A stretch of DNA of 64,000 bases from Bugula neritina. Taxonomy: Eukaryota; Animalia; Bryozoa. How positions within the stretch are numbered: position 1 is the first letter of the stretch; the number at the start of each line of letters is the position of its first letter. Location of the stretch: contig OZ037766.1 in assembly GCA_964035545.1 (NCBI GenBank), forward strand, positions 3,162,001-3,226,000, in the 5' to 3' direction. The notes under the pieces were generated by a model. That model did not search any database and had not been told where the DNA came from. It saw nothing but the letters and a program-made list of their open reading frames with translations. The translations under genes were made by a program, and so were the position numbers. Below are positions 36,701 through 48,491 of this stretch, one piece after another.

Positions 36701-38984
36701 TGTTTTTTTTATCAGAAATGAATCTCTGAAATAAGTCAAGCTTGATAGTGCATATGTAAGTCAATTAATCTTGTCAAGTGTTTTTGAGTACTGATTTTTT
36801 AATCATGTTGTATCATCTGCATTATCTTTACATACACCGTGTTTCTAAGCTTCACGCAAATAGATTTCAGAAACATTTGTAATGAATGAAACTACAACCA
36901 TATGAGCATCTATTCCTATATAATACCAAGTAATGGAAAAACTGTGGAAGTCAGCATATTGCTGGCTCACTTTCTGTCAGGTTGTTAGATTTCAGCTGTA
37001 TTTAGTTCTTTACTGGAGAAATGGTTTTTACAGGGTGTGTGCTGTGTGACCCGTCCAATCCTATACCAGTGGTTAGTAGATTCCGGGCTAGGCTTGTCAT
37101 TTTCAACATAGAGCTGCCGCTAACCAAAGGCTCTCCGGTAAGCATCCCTCTCTCTCAGTCTACGTCTAAATATCTAATCTACCATCTTTTAGTCTATCCC
37201 TCAATGTCTAATCTTTTGAAACCCTTGTGACTGCAACAAATCAGCACAGTACCCTTTTGCTTCTTTTTGTAATCCCTCTTTTTCCTTAGCTTAAAATTTC
37301 TAATTTTGTTTTCTTTCTATATTTACTATTAGAAGCAATAAATTGAAAACAGCAGCAACAACAGGTAGTTGGTGTAATTATTTACATTAAATATATTGTT
37401 ACACTTCTTTTGGAGATTTTACTGTAAATTACCCTGATATTCACAAATCATGTTGAATTGACATTTGGAATCCAGTATAATTGTTGTTTGTTTCATGCTT
37501 TAAATTGTTTTCATAATCATTATTTTATACTGCATATTGAGCCAATATGATATTGTTTATCTACTTGTAGGTGATATACTCTCTGTTGATATGATATTGT
37601 TTATCTACTTGTAGGTGATATACTCTCTGTTAATATGATATGTTTATCAACTTGTAGGTGATATACTCTCTGTTAATATGATATGTTTATCAACTTGTAG
37701 GTGATATACTCTCTAATAATATGATATGTTTATCAACTTGTAGGTGATATACTCTCTAATAATATGATATGTTTATCAACTTGTAGGTGATATACTGTCT
37801 AATAATATATGTTTATCAACTTGTAGGTGATATACTGTCTAATAATATGATATTTTATCAACTTGCAGGTGATATATCACTCACAGTCCATGAATGAACC
37901 AGCTCACATTACTAAGCTAATATCTCAGTTACATAAGAACACTGGTGAGGTGCTGAAAAGTAAACCAAGGTTAGTTACTCTCTCCTTCTTATATGATTCA
38001 TACAGTTTATATAACATGCTAGGAGTACAACATGCTAGGAGTACAACATGCTAGGAGTATTACATGCTAGGAGTATAACATGCTAGGAGTATAACATGCT
38101 AGGAGTATTACATGCTAGGAGTATAACATGCTAGGAGTATTACATGCTAGGAGTAATACATGCTAGGAGTATAACATGCTAGGGGTATAACATGCTAGGA
38201 GTATAACATGCTAGGAGTATAACATGCTAGGAGTATAACATGCTAGGAATAAGAAACACAGAGCTCCGAGTGTCACATGTCACTCTTACCATTCAATGAG
38301 CCATGTCAACAAAGATAATCTGACACATGTTATGTTTATTACCTTCTGTTAAAAGAACAGAATGTTTCAGTATATTTGCAGCTTTAAAATCAAACCATGT
38401 GGTGATAAAACTTGGCAAACAACAGCAATATAATTCCTTCTTTCCATGTGTTGAACTTTGTGCAGCAAAATCCAATAAATTAACCTAAATGTTCACTTGT
38501 TTAAAATGTTTCTCGTTCATAGATGTCTAACCAAGAATAGCACGGCTGTAGTGGAAATAACTTTGGCTAGACCTCATTGCGTTGAACTGTATAAAGATTT
38601 CAAAGACCTCGGGAGATTCATGCTGAGGTCAGAAGGTCACACAATAGCTGCCGGTGTCGTTATAGAGGTGAGTGTTTTAGAGTTCAGCTGAGGGTCGGAC
38701 AGTCTCAACGCTGCTTATAGCTGTATGCATGGAAAACGTAGTCAACTGGCTGAACACTTTAATTTTTCGATATTTTTTAATTTATATTTTTTCAAAAGAC
38801 CTACTGCAATGTGCATCAAAGCTTACGGTGACCTGAAAATGCCAAGATTCACTTACTTGTGTATCATACTGTTATATACAAAACATGTATTATGTTGAAG
38901 CAGTCATATTTTACCATGGCTGTGCTAAACTCTCACTCTCAGCATGTCTGGCTATTTTTTCAGTTTTGTCAAGCTAAAATGTGA
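27774..38984 (+). CDS. HBS1L: HBS1-like translational GTPase (Pelota partner), long isoform
   Basis: Exon 1 [15 protein letters not shown], an acidic exon 2, and the HBS1 N-terminal domain ([14 protein letters not shown]...[11 protein letters not shown]). G-domain motifs: [65 protein letters not shown]. Domain III ends [20 protein letters not shown], and the last mini-exon 38964-38984 reads FCQAKM*. Confidence 0.95.
27830..28450. repeat. Degenerate 6-bp-periodic tract in HBS1L intron 1
   Basis: For example taatactaatgctaatactagtgatactaatagtaatactaatagta (~28072-28119) and catagtcatagtcatatt. Confidence 0.7.
29320..29510. repeat. (ACTC)n degenerate microsatellite just after an HBS1L donor site
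   Basis: Directly visible. Confidence 0.9.
30125..30936 (+). CDS. HBS1L: Alternative terminal exon of HBS1L encoding the SKI7-like short isoform (HBS1LV3-type exosome/SKI adaptor)
   Basis: A polypyrimidine acceptor ...tttctctcttctatcag|30125 is in phase 1 with the micro-exon at ~29807-29848. The frame is open to TAA at 30936 and encodes Ser/Leu/Lys-rich sequence, SSFARILC, and C-terminal [22 protein letters not shown] (PFDFxxPSPDD-type exosome-binding motif). Confidence 0.85.
34930..35127 (-). mobile_element. tRNA-derived SINE copy in an HBS1L intron
   Basis: Reverse complement of the 22429 family (agtttatagtc...ctaacccctagaccacggcttctc). Confidence 0.85.
37545..37880. repeat. ~43-bp tandem repeat: 7 decoy copies of an HBS1L splice acceptor plus the true one
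   Basis: Unit atatgtttatcaacttgtag|gtgatatactctc. The last unit (cttgcag|GTGATATATCAC) is the real acceptor at 37868. Confidence 0.92.
38013..38248. repeat. 16-bp minisatellite (taacatgctaggagta)n, ~14 units, intronic
   Basis: Directly visible. Confidence 0.95.
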
Positions 38985-40424
38985 GCTGAACTCAGTGAAT
39001 TAGTCATGTCACTAGGATAAGACGATTGTCTCCACGACCCACTCCATGGTATGTCTAATTAACACTCACCATGGAGTTTTGAAGGAAAGGGAGAGAACTC
39101 CTAAACTTTATTTTCTTGTCGGAGTCGCCTTCTAATCCTACGTGAACTACTTCATCATTCATTGTGTTCTCATACTTAGGATATTCAGTGTAAATGCAAG
39201 TCTTTGTTTTAATTCTTTTGATTTGAAATCCCAATTCAAGTGAGTTCTTCGGTGTCTTTGTATATCACTTGATTTGATACATTTACATTAATTTTTACTG
39301 GTCGTTATAGACCTGTTCTGGGTGCCTTCACAATTGGAATCTTTTCTACTATAAACTTGTGGATTGTGATTGCAAGGCTAAAGTAAATGTGCAATTTTTG
39401 TCCACTCGGTTAACCAATTCTTTGTTGCAACTGAAATATATTTCGAGAAATAAAAGGGAGAAAATTCAAACCAACAACCTGATTTTGCCCAATGTATAGT
39501 CAATTGCTTCCACCTTTTAGTTTATATAAATTCTCAAAAAGGATTGCACTGCTTTCGCAGGGGTGCAGTAGTAAAGTTTACTTGAGAGCTTGTAACTTAT
39601 TTCTGAAATTCTTTCTATTTCTCGTATAATATTTAGCATACTATTGTTTAGCTAATAAATCAAGATCCAATACAATTATATAACTAGCACTAATTATCTA
39701 AGTTGATGTACAAGACATATGCTTATGGCTTCTTGATTAACTTCTGGGGGAGCCGTTGAGTTTGAATTAAGTGCACTTCAAGACTCAAGTACATGGTGCT
39801 TGCCATTAAAATACAACAGATTCAAAATCATTTCACTAGCACTTAAACCTTGAATCGCCATAAGACTATCTTGCAATGGGGATTATAATTCAGGAATTTC
39901 TTTGGTAGCTCTCCTAGTAATGTTTACTGAATTTTATTCATAGAAAGTATGTATTTCAGTTGGCTGTGTACCACTCTACACACATCAGGTGCCCAATCAT
40001 TATAGCTCAGAGAGGGTTCAGACATCTCTAGGGGGAATTGGGTAATAAAAATGTGATAAAAGTTGACTAACGGTGTTTAACATCAAATGGCAAGGTTAAA
40101 TCCTCCATGGTGTGCGTACAGGCCTGTACCGGTAATCCCATTATTTTCCCATGATCACCCCTTGTAGTACATAATTATAATAATGGCATATAGGTTATGG
40201 AAATCTTTGAAAACTTTCAAATAACAATGAAATATAAAAACATGTTAATGCTATCTAGCCAAAGTATAAATGACTTGATTGATTGCATGGCAATTTTTAT
40301 ATTGAAAGATATAGTTTAACATATCATTTGACTGGCACCCCCCCCCCCTTTATCACAAAATCCCTTCTATCAATAAACTCATCATTTAGAATTCTTTAGA
40401 ATGTATTATATGTAGACACCCAAT

Positions 40425-43290
40425 AGAGGGGTTTCAGACATCCCTCTAGGGGAATTTGTATTTTAAAGTTGTCTCCCCCTACAGGGATTGGGGGCAGTCT
40501 CGATGATATATAGAAGGCCCATAAAATAAGTAGAAATGTAAGGTTTGAGTGAAGACTACTACTAGTATAAGTTTCATTTTTTCTGAGATTAATATTTTGG
40601 CATAAATACACATATGAGCAGTTTCAGAAATTTTTTAAAAAATTTTGTTAATGATGAATGGCACAAAAACAAGACTTCAAAGCATATTTGTGGTTTTGGT
40701 TATTGAGCAAATCTGAAGCTGGCAGCTGTCATTATTATTTGCTTTGCTGACTGTAACCAGTCTGTTTAGAGCTGCTAACCTTTCAACTCTTAGAACAATA
40801 ATAACATGCTCGTACACTATATAGCTGCACTAGTGGGCTCTGTCTTACTGAACTTCAAACGCTCCAAATTATGGGTTGGAACACATGCCTGTAGGTTTAT
40901 GAAGGCACTGGCTCATTTGTATTAACATGTTCACGTACTTACACACCTATACTATGAAAATAACTAAGCCACCCTACTATCTAATATTTCTATATATTAA
41001 AAAAATTATTATAAATATAAGGATATGTATTAAAATAAATAGATTAAATTTGTAATTTCAAGCAACATCTTATCTAAAAATGCCAAACACTGTATAGCTA
41101 TATATATGTTTTAAAAGCATTTGTTTACATGGCATGCCTGCAAGTCAATGAAAATATTTAGAGAACAGTAAAAAGAAGCATATAAATTTCAGAATAGTTT
41201 CTTCTTTTCTGAGATGAATATTTTGGAAATGTCCCACAATTCAACTTTTAAATTAAGTCTGTAAAATAATTTTTCACAGTGTATTCTCAATAAATAATTA
41301 TTCTTGCAAGCTGCTTGTATACCAACATTCCTAATACAGAAATGTTTTTGGAGCATTGTAAATTATATACTGCTGCATTGCAGAAAAAAATCATCAAAAA
41401 AAGCACTTTTCAGTCAAATCAATTTGGCTTGTTTCCAAAAAAGAGTTGAAATGTACATTTAGTACCAGCTGTAAAGTATAGAAAGAACGAACTATGTCAT
41501 AATGACTGCATTCTTATGACACTAATGAAATTAAGATTGGCTGTACTCCATACGATCTTGCTCAAAGGTGGAGTTTAAAATAATGCTACTAAGTTTCACT
41601 AAATTCCCAGATAATACTTTTTATATCAAATTATTTGGCTTTGCTGATTTAGCTATGTTATGTACATTTTGTACTTATTTATCTCTAGGTCAGTTTTCAG
41701 CCATATATTTGACCACATTGCTATACTTCCTTTGTGCCAGCATTCTCTCCTTTATATCTTTTCTGTGGTTTCTAATAATTTTCAGTGGTATGTCACTGTA
41801 TGTAAACTATGTGAACCATCAGGCTATCTCTTACACAATGCATGCTGCTATAAGAATAACAGCAGCTGTTATGTATTCAATCAACCTCATTGCAAGAATT
41901 GTGTTTGCTTGAAGCTCTCTGTTGAGTAGCTGTCTCTCGATATTACATAACTGCTTGTTTAAGAAAGTGCAAGATGAGAACTGTCCAACTTTAGCCGTCT
42001 AACTTAAATTACATTATATAGGATTACATCACTACATAATAAGCTGATTAAACAACACATATAAATCGGCCAAAAACACCACACACTTGACTAGCTCTAG
42101 TTTGACTCATTTATATTTCGAGTTTTTCACATTACTTGAACATGCTTTAGCTAATTTGTTGCATTATTTTTCATCCATACATGTAATACAAGAATTTAGT
42201 ATATTATTTTTTTAGGTTTGGATTGTCTACTAGGCAGCTATCGCAAATATTTAATCAGACTGTGAAGTTGCTTAGAGAAGCTCTAAATCCAATGATAGTA
42301 TTTTATCAACACGCTGAGGTTAATAAAACTATTCCACCTCAATGAACTTTGACCTAGTTAACTAGACCACTGTAAAATGGCATGCCAGAACAAACACAAA
42401 CCAGCTTGCAAGAATAATTATTCATTGAGAATACACTGTGAAAAATTATTTTACAGACTTAATTTAAAAGTTGAATTGTGGGACATTTCCAAAATATTCA
42501 TCTCAGAAAAGAAGAAACTATTCTGAAATTTATATGCTTCTTTTTACTGTTCTCTAAATATTTTCATTGACTTGCAGGCATGCCATGTAAACAAATGCTT
42601 TTAAAACATATATATAGCTATACAGTGTTTGGCATTTTTAGATAAGATGTTGCTTGAAATTACAAATTTAATCTATTTATTTTAATACATATCCTTATAT
42701 TTATAATAATTTTTTTAATATATAGAAATATTAGATAGTAGGGTGGCTTAGTTATTTTCATAGTATAGGTGTGTAAGTACGTGAACATGTTAATACAAAT
42801 GAGCCAGTGCCTTCATAAACCTACAGGCATGTGTTCCAACCCATAATTTGGAGCGTTTGAAGTTCAGTAAGACAGAGCCCACTAGTGCAGCTATATAGTG
42901 TACGAGCATGTTATTATTGTTCTAAGAGTTGAAAGGTTAGCAGCTCTAAACAGACTGGTTACAGTCAGCAAAGCAAATAATAATGACAGCTGCCAGCTTC
43001 AGATTTGCTCAATAACCAAAACCACAAATATGCTTTGAAGTCTTGTTTTTGTGCCATTCATCATTAACAAAAATTTTTAAAAAATTTCTGAAACTGCTCA
43101 TATGTGTATTTATGCCAAAATATTAATCTCAGAAAAAATGAAACTTATACTAGTAGTAGTCTTCACTCAAACCTTACATTTCTACTTATTTTATGGGCCT
43201 TCTATATATCATCGAGACTGCCCCCAATCCCTGTAGGGGGAGACAACTTTAAAATACAAATTCCCCTAGAGGGATGTCTGAAACCCCTCT
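40425..43290. mobile_element. Foldback DNA transposon derivative (ISL2EU-like termini) with ~890-bp near-identical inverted arms
   Basis: The left arm 40421-41313 is the reverse complement of the right arm 42402-43294, hence the duplicated MYLCQNINL... ORFs. Ends read caAT|AGAGGGG...CCCCTCT|ATtg, consistent with an AT target-site duplication. The ~1.1 kb spacer has no recognisable intact ORF. Confidence 0.85.
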
Positions 43291-43511
43291 ATTGTCTGAA
43301 TCAGAATAATGTTTTTATAGGTTTACAAGCTTATATTTGAGTTATACCAAGCAAATAAATATTATAAACAACTGGTTCTACAAGTAATGAAAGCTTAATA
43401 GGAAATGTTTTTATAAATGCAACAGTGAATTTTAGTTAAAAACCATATAGTAAGCCTATATAGCTTATGACAGGTTTGCATCTAAAACTATAATGTGCAT
43501 ATAATAATTAT

Positions 43512-43944
43512 TGGTCATTTTACTTAATTTAGTACACACTGGAAATCTCCAGTTTTTAGCTATTTTTTACAATTTAGCTAGCTAATGAACATATGGGTTT
43601 TGCCCAAAACTAGTAAAATATGAATGAATACACCTAAATAGTCATAGTTCTTTTTAATTTTGCTTGATTTTTCTTCTTTTTTTTCTTCTAATTATTCAAC
43701 TACTTTTGATTTCGGAAAGTTATGGATTTCTTCATAACGCTCTACAATCAAAAGTAGCTGAATAATTAGGAAAAAACATGGGAAATCAAGCAAAATTAAG
43801 AAGAACCTTGGTTATTTAGGTGTGTTAATTCATATTTTATTAGTTTTGAGCAAAAACCCATGTTCATTAGCAGCTAAATTGTAAAAATTACCGTAGCTAA
43901 AAACTGGAGATTTCCAGTGTGTACTAAATTAAGTAAAATGACCC
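43512..43944. mobile_element. ~430-bp palindromic MITE (Kolobok-like, TTAA-flanked)
   Basis: ggtcattttacttaatttagtacacactggaaatctccagtttttagc... pairs with ...gctaaaaactggagatttccagtgtgtactaaattaagtaaaatgacc. Pairing extends almost to the centre. The right end reads gaccc|ttaa and the left flank is degenerate (ttat|tggtc). Confidence 0.8.
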
Positions 43945-45087
43945 TTAAAATGTTAATAGTTTGAATAGGACTAATTTGTGTTAAGAGCAAAGTTTTCTAA
44001 TAAAATTATAGCTTTGTTAACTCAAATCAATTTGCATAAATACTTGGATATATGTCACATGAGAAGAATTATTCCAACCTTACGGCTAAATCTCCAGTGT
44101 TCTGTTATTTCAAAGACATATGTTGGGAGGAAGGATTAGGAGATGAGAGCCTTAAGTTAATCATCTACTAAGTATATGCTGTTGCATCACAGTTACTGAA
44201 CTCTAAAGTAACGGATTATCTCTATCATCATGTAATCCTGCACCGATAATCCCTTAATAAAGATAATGAACACATCAGATAGGGATTAACTTCGGTAGGT
44301 TATGAAACCAGTAAACTACATGAGACGGGAATGCTTGGTAATGTGGCACTGAGGCTATAAAATGAAAACTTGCTAAATCGCTGTGCTATTGTTTTATCAG
44401 TAGTATATATATGGTGATAGTCAGTAGATTCTACAGAAGTTGAGCTGTTTGTCTTACTGGTCAACAAGCAACTTACAGGTATAGTGTGCCATCTTTGTTA
44501 AAATCAGTTAAATAACTTCAAAAGTAAAAATTTTGAACAATTTTGTTTGTGGAGGGCTTAATAGTATTTTTTGTTGATTATAGAGAAATACTGTTGGCTA
44601 GTATTGCAGTAATAATACACTAGATTACAGCATACACAGAAACTCTGTGTATGACAGTAAATGTTTATTCCCAAATCTCCCTGTTAATGAATATTTTTAC
44701 AATAATAATATACTCATTTAACATTTAACAGCCTTTTAAATTTTGTGACTTAACATGATATATAAACATATATATTATGTAAACTGGATAAATAACTACT
44801 ATAAACTGTGCTGTGCTTAATTTACATATCTTGTTAATTTTTACTTTATAAGTGAAAAATTATTCTAACATCTCAAGTAAACTAAGCAACATAATTTTTT
44901 TTTCTAAATTTGTACTTCAATTATTAAAAAATTTTGCCATTTTGTAATTATTGACTATCTCTTGTTTTGTTAACTGAATGAGCCTTATTTGATAAGATTT
45001 TGTGGTTTTTATTTAGTTATTTCAGGTCATGAGTTAAACCTTATGTTAGTCTGATAAAACTTTATGTTACAGAATCAAGAACTGGCT

Positions 45088-47808
45088 ATGATGTGTCGGC
45101 TGTTATTCCTATGTCTTGTGGCAGTTAGTACTGTCAGATGTTTTCCTAGCGGAGCACCTGAGGGCGCCTGCCCGAACTTGACACCAGGCTCTTTCACCTC
45201 AGATTCTGGCATGCTCGTAGGCCATCTTAGTCCACCACGATCAACTGATTCATTTCCTTACAAAGTTTCGTGTGAACGCAAAGAAAAAAATAGAGTGCAA
45301 AGTAAGACAGCTTGCTAAAGGATTAGTATGCAAAACAGATTCAATTTTAAATTGAAATTTGTTTTACGTACTAGTTAGTAGTTAGACTATTTTGAAGTAT
45401 ATATATTAATCGTTTCTTTGTGATTTTAAAGATGTTTCCTTGCAGCTATCATTTAAACTTGTATAGCAATTTAAATTGTTATATATTGCATTATTTTTAT
45501 TGCATTTAACTCTATAAAACTCTTTTAGATACTAATTAAGTGTTGGTTTTATAATATTCTTGTATTCATTTCATGTATTTTGATCAAAATTTAGGCAGTA
45601 ATACATAAATGAGCATTTGTGGCTTTGTTATAGTTTGAGCGTTACACCTCGTATTTTTTAGTGATTGTTTATTTTTTCTAGCATGGATTTAGAAAATATT
45701 ATATAAATTGTTTGAAATTTTGTTCATGGCTTGAAACATATGCAAAGGCAAAAACAAGTAACTTTCCTTTCTTTTTCTGTTTAATTGTAGTAAAATTTAA
45801 ACAATTTTGCTTCAGCTGTTATATTTAAGTTAAAGCATATAGACCATAGCAAGATGCGCATTACATAACCTATACACTTGGTACCTTGCAGTGACCATTG
45901 AAGGAGCCGATTTCAAAGGAGTGATGGCGCAAGTCCAAGACCAAAGCAACAAACCCATTGGCAAGGTGGATCCAGTTTCTCTGCCTTCAGATTATAGGGC
46001 TCTATGTGATGAGAATACTATCACACACAAAATGGCAAATGTAAAGTCTAAAGGAGTTTTCAATTTCATGATACCACTTGAGTTTGTACATCAAAAGCTG
46101 AAGTGTGTGTGAGTACACTATGGTACAACCTAGATAAAATTATCATAGATCTAATCAGTAAAAACTGAGCAATTAAACTGGATTAAGCTAATTATTAATT
46201 TAAAGGCACTCTAGTATACGTTTTTATATCCAAATTAAGTTCCAATTTGTACTATGTTTTAATAGCTTTCAAGTTAGGATTTGGTTCGATTAATTTACGA
46301 TGATCAGTCTGCATAAAGGATTTAGTGGTTAAACTTTTAAAGTTTAAAGGCCCTGCAAGGTCAACCGGGACAGCGATGATTTAAATCTCGATCTGAATTA
46401 TAGATAAATTACTCACGCAAGTTTATAGTCACTATCCCTGTGAGAAACCCCTGATAAAAAGAGTTTTTTTTAAGCAGGCTAAGGACTTATTTAAATGAGG
46501 CACAGAAGCAATTATGACTGGATGCTCTTTTTAACATCACCAATGGCCATTGTCCGGGCTCGAGCCCACGACCTTCGTGTTTACCAGGCAAACGCTCTAG
46601 CCCCTAGACCACGGCTGCTCCCTAATCTGAATTATAGATATTGCCAGTAAACTATCTGATCATAAAATAACCCTTTCTACAGACTATTGAAATACCTCAA
46701 AGGAAAAGCCATGTTTTATCACTACTTATGCATGTATCGTGCCTTACTAAAACTTTTTGTATCTTCCTACAATATATTATTAAATCTCGAAATGAGCTAT
46801 ACTTTACATAGTAAGCCTTGAAAATTTGTAAAATCACTAGAGCAGCACACAGCTGGAGTTGAAGTAGTTATGTTTAATGAACAAGCTCTGCTTACTGCAC
46901 CCAATGACCCCAAGCTTTGTGCTACATCTAACAATTTTTAAAAATATTACGGACAGTTCATAGGTAATTATAATAGTCGTCTTGTATTGTAACCTTTGTC
47001 TGAGTAGTAAATATTCTCTTAGTCCTCAAAGTATAACCCGCTACTTCCTGTTACAGAGTGACGGTAGTGAAAACAAAGAATGAATATTGGGTCAGCCATG
47101 TTGCACCCATACAAGGTGAGTTCACCAGGGTGTCTGTTGGGGCTCTGCTAGTAAACTGCCATTACAATTCTACAATATTAAACAATTGCAAATTTGGTTT
47201 TGCTGCCTAAAAATTGCTTGATGCAGCATAAATTGTGTGGTCACGGAGTGCAGGTGTTGACTGTTGAAGAAGTATACAAATACTGCACTTAGTGACTCTG
47301 AACGTTGTGCTCCCTCTAGCTATCCCTTGCTGCGCAATGAGAAAATTTAACTCACGAATAGTCGGTTTTATTTTTTTATTCAAAATATAAATTTCAATAA
47401 TCATGTATATCGGCCTCAGTTGTATGAACAGTCGTTCAAAGAATTTTATGCGTTTTAGGTCTTTTAATTTTACTTGAGCAGTGTTTTCTCATTCTTTGCT
47501 GTTTTAAAACTGAGCTACTTATACTTCTTGTGTTTAATTCTATGTGTTAAACAGTTTTACTTTGTTTGTTTGTAACTCATCAACAAGTACTTAAAGTAAA
47601 ATTAGAGTATGTATTGAATAAAATAATCGCTTTAATATTATTTCTATTTTAGATGGAGGACAGATCAAAACAATGAGGATGGTAAATAATCATTTAGTTC
47701 ACAATATCACTAAGAGCTTTTAGTATGTTACTATTTTTAGTCAGTTTGACATTGGCTGACACCTACTGACTGAATGACTTAATTTTTCAGTACAAAACCA
47801 ACATCTAG
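45088..47808 (+). CDS. Secreted Reeler-domain protein (defence-protein-like), short isoform
   Basis: Signal peptide MMCRLLFLCLVAVSTVRC. Reeler hallmarks: FPSGAPEGACPNLTPG..H, FKGVMAQ, PIG, C...TITH, VTVVK..EYW. Exons 45088-45301, 45892-46108, 47057-47115, 47653-47681 and 47791-47808 (...RMYKTNI*). Confidence 0.82.
46407..46624 (-). mobile_element. Full-length tRNA-derived SINE with a 16-bp target-site duplication
   Basis: TSD atctgaattatagata at 46391-46406 and 46625-46640. The body is the reverse complement of the 22429 copy. Confidence 0.92.
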
Positions 47809-48353
47809 ACAGCTCACTCTCTCCAGCAAAAAATGTTTAAATTCAACAAAATATTGTATTAATATTTGCATGCAAAGTACCCTTTTCTACCATTTTCTGA
47901 ATATATTCTCTTTGAAAGCATTATAACTTGCGTCATGTCTATGTTACGACGTTGCGTTTTACACTGTTCCTAGCACATGTATTTATATTTTTCATCTCTA
48001 AAAACATGGTTTATTCAACAGAGCTTTAGTGTATTTTTATTAGTTTAAGGGATTTGTTTTCTGGGGGGGGGGGGGGGGGAAATGTAAGTAATATATTATC
48101 ATTTACTGTTATTTACACCTTGTCACTTACATTATGGTATAAGTGCTTGCAGCCAGATTGCAGCCAGGGTAAAACATTTTTACAAGAAAGCACTAGTACC
48201 AGATTTTGAAAGTCTTAAGTCAGATTGCCTCCATCCCCCTCTCAACAATGTTGTGAACATGCAACAAAATAAGCAGACGACTCTAAACGGAGAAATGGTT
48301 ATCATCAGGCTTTTTTGGACCATCAGTATTTTCTTTTCACTATGGTGTTTTAG

Positions 48354-48491
48354 CGTGGTCCAAAGCCGGGTAAAAAAGGAAAAAAGGGCAAAGGTGAAAG
48401 AAAAAGCAAAGGTGGCAAAAAGAATAAACCTAGTGGTAAGGGCAACAAAGGTGGCAAACCAAAAGGAAGGGGCAGGGGTAATCGCAACTAG
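48354..48491 (+). CDS. Putative alternative last exon of the Reeler gene encoding a Lys/Gly-rich cationic tail
   Basis: The acceptor ttcttttcactatggtgttttag is phase 0, matching the donor at 47681. It translates RGPKPGKKGKKGKGERKSKGGKKNKPSGKGNKGGKPKGRGRGNRN*, with an AATAAA at ~48651. Confidence 0.65.
   Translation, partial: RGPKPGKKGKKGKGERKSKGGKKNKPSGKGNKGGKPKGRGRGNRN

Noticed and set aside
38982-39080. Selenocysteine read-through of the HBS1L TGA with a SECIS element
   Set aside because: The downstream hairpin lacks the AUGA/GA quartet geometry, and HBS1L is complete at this point.
40396-43340. Pair of 'duplicated genes' MYLCQNINL... (and the MTRIFHLL... pair at 59067 and 61719)
   Set aside because: Chance ORFs inside transposon inverted arms, with no domain similarity.
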